Source of the DNA: Candidatus Nanohaloarchaea archaeon
GTDB lineage: Archaea > Nanohalarchaeota > Nanosalinia > Nanosalinales > Nanosalinaceae
DNA: 30,691 nt
Direction: 5' to 3'
Assembly (NCBI GenBank): GCA_042217585.1
Contig: JBDGSJ010000020.1
Span: 1 to 30,691, forward strand
The translations under genes and the position numbers were made by a program. The notes under the pieces are model-generated. The model was not told where the DNA came from, did no database searches, and worked only from the letters and a program-made list of their open reading frames with translations. Every line of letters starts with the position of its first letter. Within the stretch, counting starts at the first letter, position 1. This document shows, piece after piece, positions 25,846-30,691 of this stretch.

Positions 25846-26424
25846 CTATCCCGGAAGGAAAATATTCAGTGCAGCGACAACCAGTCCCGCCATACACATC
25901 CTGAAACCGGCGACGTACCACCTCTGCCTCGATATATTCCCCATGTAGGCCCCGAACGCGAACAGGAGCGCCATGCCCATCACGACCGAGCCGACCGCGG
26001 CCTGGAACAGGGTTATCAGGCTACCGGCGAGAAGGAATGGTGATGCGGTGATCAAGACGCCCAGGACCGGTCCGAGCCCGCTCATCACGGCGTTGACCGC
26101 GCGGCCCTGCATCTTTTTCTCATGTATCTCAGTACCTTTCAGGTCGGTCAGCATGGAATCCTCCATGTCGTGGAGTTCAGAGAGTTTCTCGGCTCTCTCT
26201 ATCTCCCAGACGGACCAGACGCCCGAGGTTGCAAGACCTATCGCTGCGCCAAGCGCCACCTTGAACACGGTCAGACCGTTCCCGACGCCAGAGAGGTAGG
26301 AGCCAACGGTGACGCCGGTCGCGGTCAGTGTTCCATCAAAACCGTTGGATATGAAGTACCTGCGGGATATGGACCTGACCTCCTCCCGCTCCAGGGATTC
26401 GCGGAAGTCCTGTAAGAATGACAT
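25846..26424 (-). CDS. VIT1/CCC1 family membrane protein
   Basis: Motifs RRYFISNGFDG and EIERAE, multiple TM segments; coupled to a DUF211 gene. Confidence 0.85.
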   Translation of the reverse strand: MSFLQDFRESLEREEVRSISRRYFISNGFDGTLTATGVTVGSYLSGVGNGLTVFKVALGAAIGLATSGVWSVWEIERAEKLSELHDMEDSMLTDLKGTEIHEKKMQGRAVNAVMSGLGPVLGVLITASPFLLAGSLITLFQAAVGSVVMGMALLFAFGAYMGNISRQRWYVAGFRMCMAGLVVAALNIFLPG

Positions 26425-26708
26425 CAGTCCTGCGGGGTCTCGATCTTTTCGACCGTTTTTTCTCCCGCAACGACCTCGTCCACGCTGTGGACCGAGGCTC
26501 CCTTCTCCTTCACAGTTTTACGGACCTCATCCTCATCTATCTCTCCCTCCATGGTTATCTTGAGGTTCTTCACTTCCTCGTCGACCTCTATCAGCGTACT
26601 GTTCACGCCTGAAACTCCCTCCAGGTCCGCGAGCGCCTCGGTGACCTCGACCATCGGGGGTTCGTGAGGCTTCAGGATATCCAGAACAAGTCTTCTTATC
26701 GTCGCCAT
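26424..26708 (-). CDS. DUF211 family protein
   Basis: IRRLVLDILKPHEP...GASVHSVDEVVAG. Confidence 0.9.
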   Translation of the reverse strand: MATIRRLVLDILKPHEPPMVEVTEALADLEGVSGVNSTLIEVDEEVKNLKITMEGEIDEDEVRKTVKEKGASVHSVDEVVAGEKTVEKIETPQD

Positions 26709-26781
26709 ACTTCCTTCTTGTGCCTCCTGATTTAAATCGTGGGCAGTTGGTTTAAGAAACTTGACCCCAATTTCCCTCTTG

Positions 26782-26970
26782 ATGGGACGTGTAAGACAGA
26801 CTTACGTGAAAAGACTGGCAAAGGACCTCGTTGACTCAGATCCGGAAAGGTTCTCTGATGACTTCGATGAGAACAAGGAGGAACTGAAGGAGACCGGAGA
26901 GTTCAACTCCAAGAAGCTGAGAAACAGGGTCGCCGGTTACATAGTACGTGTGGTCCAGAACCGAAGGTAA
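26782..26970 (+). CDS. rps17e: 30S ribosomal protein S17e
   Basis: MGRVRQTYVKR...FSDDFDENK...SKKLRNRVAGY; start at ATG 26782. Confidence 0.95.
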   Translation: MGRVRQTYVKRLAKDLVDSDPERFSDDFDENKEELKETGEFNSKKLRNRVAGYIVRVVQNRR

Positions 26971-26996
26971 GAACTTCTTAGGGTCCTCGACCGAGT

Positions 26997-29900
26997 TCAG
27001 TATCTCCTGATGTAGACCATCGCGGCTGTCATCCCTATCAGGATCACGTAAAGGAGTCCGGGTCCAGGAACATCCCTGTTCAACGTGGTGCGTTTAGGCA
27101 GAACCAGCACCGGGAAGCTGAAGGTCTGTGAGTAGTTCAACTCCTGGTTGTTGACCGTGATATTAAGCCTTTTCTTCCCCGTGGAGGTGGCGTTTATCCT
27201 GATCTGGAGGGTCCTTGAATCCTTCGCCGGTAGTTCAAAGGTTATCGAGTCCATGCTGTTGTTCGTGAACTCGGCCTGGACCCCCGAGATACTCAACCTG
27301 AGGGTCTTGTTAAGTCTGAACCGGTTCCGGGCCGTGAATCCTACGTACTCGGGCTCTCCGACCTCCGTTATAACTGTACTGTAATCGTACTGGAATCCTC
27401 CTCTGGTCCGGTAGACACCTGTGGCCCGCCTGACGAAGCTGAAAGTCTTTGAACTGTTCTCGTAAGGGTCGGAAACCGTCGCTGTCCACGGGTAGACGTT
27501 CCCTATAGGGACTCCGTTCCAGACAGTGGAGACATTGTCGCCGTTGTCCACAGGCTCTTCGTGTAGGAGCTCTCCCGGCATGGCCTGGGTAGAGTTGAAG
27601 ACCCAGGCGTGGTCCACGTCGTCGGCGTAGTTCGGATCAGTGACGTTGAACTTGAGCTGGACCTGCCGGTTGTTCACTTTCGCCCCTTCCTCCGGTCTTA
27701 TCAGTTCGATCAGGGGCTCGGTGTTCGCCACCTCGTGTATATCGGTGGTCCAACCGTCTTCGCCGTGGACATCGAACGCTCTCACTGACACATTTATCTC
27801 CTCTGCAGGCTGGAAACCGGTCATGGAACCGTTCATGTTACTGTAACTGCAGAGGCCCTGGTCCTCAGTCCCGTAGGTCTTGTCGAAGTCCCCTGTCTTG
27901 TTGAACAGGTTGCCCTCTCCATCCCTCATGACCACGCGGCACCTGTTCTCCAGTTCAGTTCCCCCGACCCCGTAGGCGGTCTCGGAGCCTATGCTCGTCG
28001 TCGGGGTCGGCCGGGTGTACTTCCTGACGGTCAGGCTCCGGACCCAGTGATGGTTGTTGAGTCCGCCGGTCCTTCCGCTCCATCCGAACTGGTCTCCGGG
28101 CGGGAAGTTCGTGTTTGTCCACGAACCCTGTACGGTCCTGCCGATCGTGCTGAAATAGTACCTGAGCGTGTCGCCGTTCCTGATACCCCAGGCGGTCGCC
28201 GTTCTCCAGGAGGACTTGGCGGGGTTCTCGTACCATCCCTCTATATCTCCACACTGTGGATTGCCGGGGTTCCATGCCAGGCCACCGCAGTCATCATGGT
28301 CATTCAAGATGTAACCCACGCCGTTGCCTGACGGGTCTTCGAATTCGAAGTTCGTTCCCTCGTGCCAGGCCTTCAGGTTGTTGGAGTCGGCGCCCGTGCC
28401 GTCACCTGTGTACCACTCCCAGGTCGCATAGAATCCCGGGCTCGGAGTACCTGCGGGGTACCTGATGGACCCTGTCTGTCCATCGACCGTATCCGTGAGC
28501 TCGAGGAAGTTGGATCCGGAGTGGTAGTTCGCCGAACCGTACAGGTTACCGTCGTAACCCGACCCGTGCAGATCGTAGATGTACATCGTCTGCTCCGGAC
28601 TGGAGGCGGATGACGCCGAGGGATTTCCGTAGTACATGTATATATCCTTTGAGCCGGAAGCAGATATGCTCGGGACCTGGACCCATACAGTCGTCGAAGA
28701 TGTGTCGCAGCCGGACTTCAGCCAGTAATCCAGCGTACTGGAGTGCCCTGATCCGACGAAACGCATATCCGAGCAGTCCGGCTGCATCTTACCCGCCGAG
28801 ATAAGCGAAGCCGTATCAACCGTCACCTTCACCTGATAGTTGCTCAGGCTCCTACCCGAGTTCTCCTGGACCGTCACCGGTTTGCGGTACTGCCAGTTGC
28901 TGTTCCACCAGTTCGCAGGGCCCGAGCCGGTGGAGCCGGAGCCGTCACCATCGTAGACCACCGCAGATATATTCGTCCTGTGGTACCGGTAGTAGTCCTC
29001 GTAGCTGAGGCTGATCTGGGGCTCGTGGTTCGGGAACGAGTTCACGGCGGTTTCCACGTCGGTCTTGCCGTTCACATCGGTCACGTTGACCCTGATATTG
29101 GTACGCTGCAGGTGGGTCCACGCGTCGGTATCGTTGTAATGTACCCAACCCGACCTGCACCTCGCCTCTGTGGAGTTCCCGAAGCCCCGGTCCAGGGACA
29201 TCCTGTAGGTCCTCCCGACACCGGCACCGGTCACCCGGAGGTAGCACCTCTGTATCTTGTCGTCTCCATTACGGTGCCAGGCCGTGAACCCTACCCTGTA
29301 ACTGTGGTTAACCGAGCTGTTGTAAACGCTGAACGAGGTTATCCTGTTCGAGGTCGTCGTGACATTGAAGATGTGGGGGCCTGAAGTGGCCACCTGCTTC
29401 TGGTCCGTGACGTTGGCAGTCCAGTTGTACTGCTCCCCTACCTTCAGTCCACTCCACGTGACAGAGGCGGTCCCCGAACCTGAAACCGTGTCCCAACCGA
29501 TCAGTTTCTTTCCTCCTCCCGAGACCGGTTTCTCGACCTTCAGGTTGAACCGGTAGAGATTCGAGTCATCCCCCCCATCGTAACAGCAGTCGTCGTGCTC
29601 GGAGGCTATGTAGAACCTAGTGAGTTCGTTGGGAGCGTCCACTGTGAAGGTGCCGGTCCAGGTGAAGTCCGTTCCATCGGAGTAGCCACACGAGGCGCCG
29701 TCATCCAGTACCTCGCCGTCGTCCTCACACTTGAAGACATAGGTGTTCCCGGCGGAGTCCACCGCGTAGAACGTTATACCGGACGCCTCGTAGGACCGGG
29801 CGTGGAACCGCATCCTCAGCCTTGCCTTTCCCGTGTTTGAGAAGTTTATCTCCCTGTAGTACTTGAAATGGTCTGGATCTCCTGTGCCTGCCTCCGACCA

Positions 29901-30691
29901 CCTTATCTTGTTACCGTTGTTCTCCCACTCACCCATGCTGTTTCTGACCTGGGTCATCCTGTTCTCGAAATCAGTCAGCGTGTCGCCCTCATTCACGCGG
30001 TCCCAGTCAACCACGGTCTTCATCTTTGTCGCCTTGTGGTACATCCTCGATGAGGGTACTATTGAGAAGCTGGAGTCAGACGGTTTCTTCCAGGCCAGCT
30101 GGTAAACGTCTCCACCCCCTCGGTCGCTCATCCTGTAGACGAACGGGTGGTAACCCTTGCTGAGCGAGACCTGGCCGTTATGGCTCCAGCAGTTACACTG
30201 GCCGTGGCTCCCGTAGAAGGATGCCACCCTGTTGCCGGAGCTCACGCTGTCACAGTGCTCCAGAGAAGTGCTCGGGACGTTTATGAAGAAGTCCGAGGCA
30301 TCGTCCGAGTCCGTGGCGAAGCTGTAGGTCCCTGAACTCGGGGCGTAGATGTAACCTGTCACGCAGGTCCCGTAGGTATCCGAGGACACGAAAAGGTTGC
30401 ATTCTGTCGAGCCACCGCAGTTTATGTTGTTTATCATCGTCTCGCCGTCCTTGCCCGTAACCTCAGAACCGTCATCCACCCGCCTGGAAAGCTCCGAGAG
30501 CGAGTTGGCGCCATCCGTCTGGGAGTGGTCCCACTGGCCTATCCTGACGTCATGCCTGTAAAGAGTGCCTGAGGACGCGGTGGCGTTGTAGAAGCTGACG
30601 TTCATCGTGTCGCCGTCCGCGTCCGAAACATCCACCTTGAGGGATGGAGACCGGGTGTTCGCGGGACTGGTGCCGGTCGACTTCGCGGGCC
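26997..30691 (-). CDS. Large surface (glyco)protein: PA14, DUF2341, legume-lectin-like and Ig-like modules with a C-terminal TM anchor; 5'-truncated
   Basis: Frame is open to the window end. PA14-like GYIYAP..GTYSFATDSDD; DUF2341 WWNSNWQYRKP...IYMYYGNP; lectin-like LELT...GADS...FGWSGRTGG; tail VPGPG + TM + RRY; many N-x-S/T sequons. Confidence 0.85.
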   Translation of the reverse strand, partial: PAKSTGTSPANTRSPSLKVDVSDADGDTMNVSFYNATASSGTLYRHDVRIGQWDHSQTDGANSLSELSRRVDDGSEVTGKDGETMINNINCGGSTECNLFVSSDTYGTCVTGYIYAPSSGTYSFATDSDDASDFFINVPSTSLEHCDSVSSGNRVASFYGSHGQCNCWSHNGQVSLSKGYHPFVYRMSDRGGGDVYQLAWKKPSDSSFSIVPSSRMYHKATKMKTVVDWDRVNEGDTLTDFENRMTQVRNSMGEWENNGNKIRWSEAGTGDPDHFKYYREINFSNTGKARLRMRFHARSYEASGITFYAVDSAGNTYVFKCEDDGEVLDDGASCGYSDGTDFTWTGTFTVDAPNELTRFYIASEHDDCCYDGGDDSNLYRFNLKVEKPVSGGGKKLIGWDTVSGSGTASVTWSGLKVGEQYNWTANVTDQKQVATSGPHIFNVTTTSNRITSFSVYNSSVNHSYRVGFTAWHRNGDDKIQRCYLRVTGAGVGRTYRMSLDRGFGNSTEARCRSGWVHYNDTDAWTHLQRTNIRVNVTDVNGKTDVETAVNSFPNHEPQISLSYEDYYRYHRTNISAVVYDGDGSGSTGSGPANWWNSNWQYRKPVTVQENSGRSLSNYQVKVTVDTASLISAGKMQPDCSDMRFVGSGHSSTLDYWLKSGCDTSSTTVWVQVPSISASGSKDIYMYYGNPSASSASSPEQTMYIYDLHGSGYDGNLYGSANYHSGSNFLELTDTVDGQTGSIRYPAGTPSPGFYATWEWYTGDGTGADSNNLKAWHEGTNFEFEDPSGNGVGYILNDHDDCGGLAWNPGNPQCGDIEGWYENPAKSSWRTATAWGIRNGDTLRYYFSTIGRTVQGSWTNTNFPPGDQFGWSGRTGGLNNHHWVRSLTVRKYTRPTPTTSIGSETAYGVGGTELENRCRVVMRDGEGNLFNKTGDFDKTYGTEDQGLCSYSNMNGSMTGFQPAEEINVSVRAFDVHGEDGWTTDIHEVANTEPLIELIRPEEGAKVNNRQVQLKFNVTDPNYADDVDHAWVFNSTQAMPGELLHEEPVDNGDNVSTVWNGVPIGNVYPWTATVSDPYENSSKTFSFVRRATGVYRTRGGFQYDYSTVITEVGEPEYVGFTARNRFRLNKTLRLSISGVQAEFTNNSMDSITFELPAKDSRTLQIRINATSTGKKRLNITVNNQELNYSQTFSFPVLVLPKRTTLNRDVPGPGLLYVILIGMTAAMVYIRRY

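Overview
This 30.7 kb window is mostly core genome from a GC-rich halophilic archaeon. The proteome is strongly acidic and there is a DPANN-type class III signal peptide pilin, so Nanohaloarchaeota is my inference. Protein genes: copB (5'-truncated), pcm, trxB, several membrane transporters, a divergent PAN-like AAA ATPase, a processive GT2, the gatC-metallophosphoesterase-gatA-gatB cluster, an FtsZ2-type ftsZ, a NusA-like KH protein, ppsA, ABCE1/RLI, AlaX, a VIT1/DUF211 pair, rps17e and the 3' part of a large multi-lectin surface protein. There are four tRNAs: Gly-GCC, Arg-CCT, Leu-CAG and an intron-containing Arg-TCG. No integrase, transposase or CRISPR array is visible. The main unexplained signals are: (1) a promoter-preceded, ORF-free array of hairpins upstream of ftsZ with different stems but the same TTGGGC loop, a candidate CsrB-like sponge or regulatory RNA; (2) twin hairpins downstream of ftsZ sharing a C-rich loop; (3) a YbaK editing domain fused to a GatB/YqeY tRNA-binding domain and coupled to gatB; (4) an ABCE1 whose Fe-S domain has lost all its cysteines; (5) short duplicated tRNA 3' ends, three with inserted palindromes, behind all four tRNAs; (6) a tRNA that overlaps a stop codon. 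Family assignments come from motif recognition only; no searches were run.
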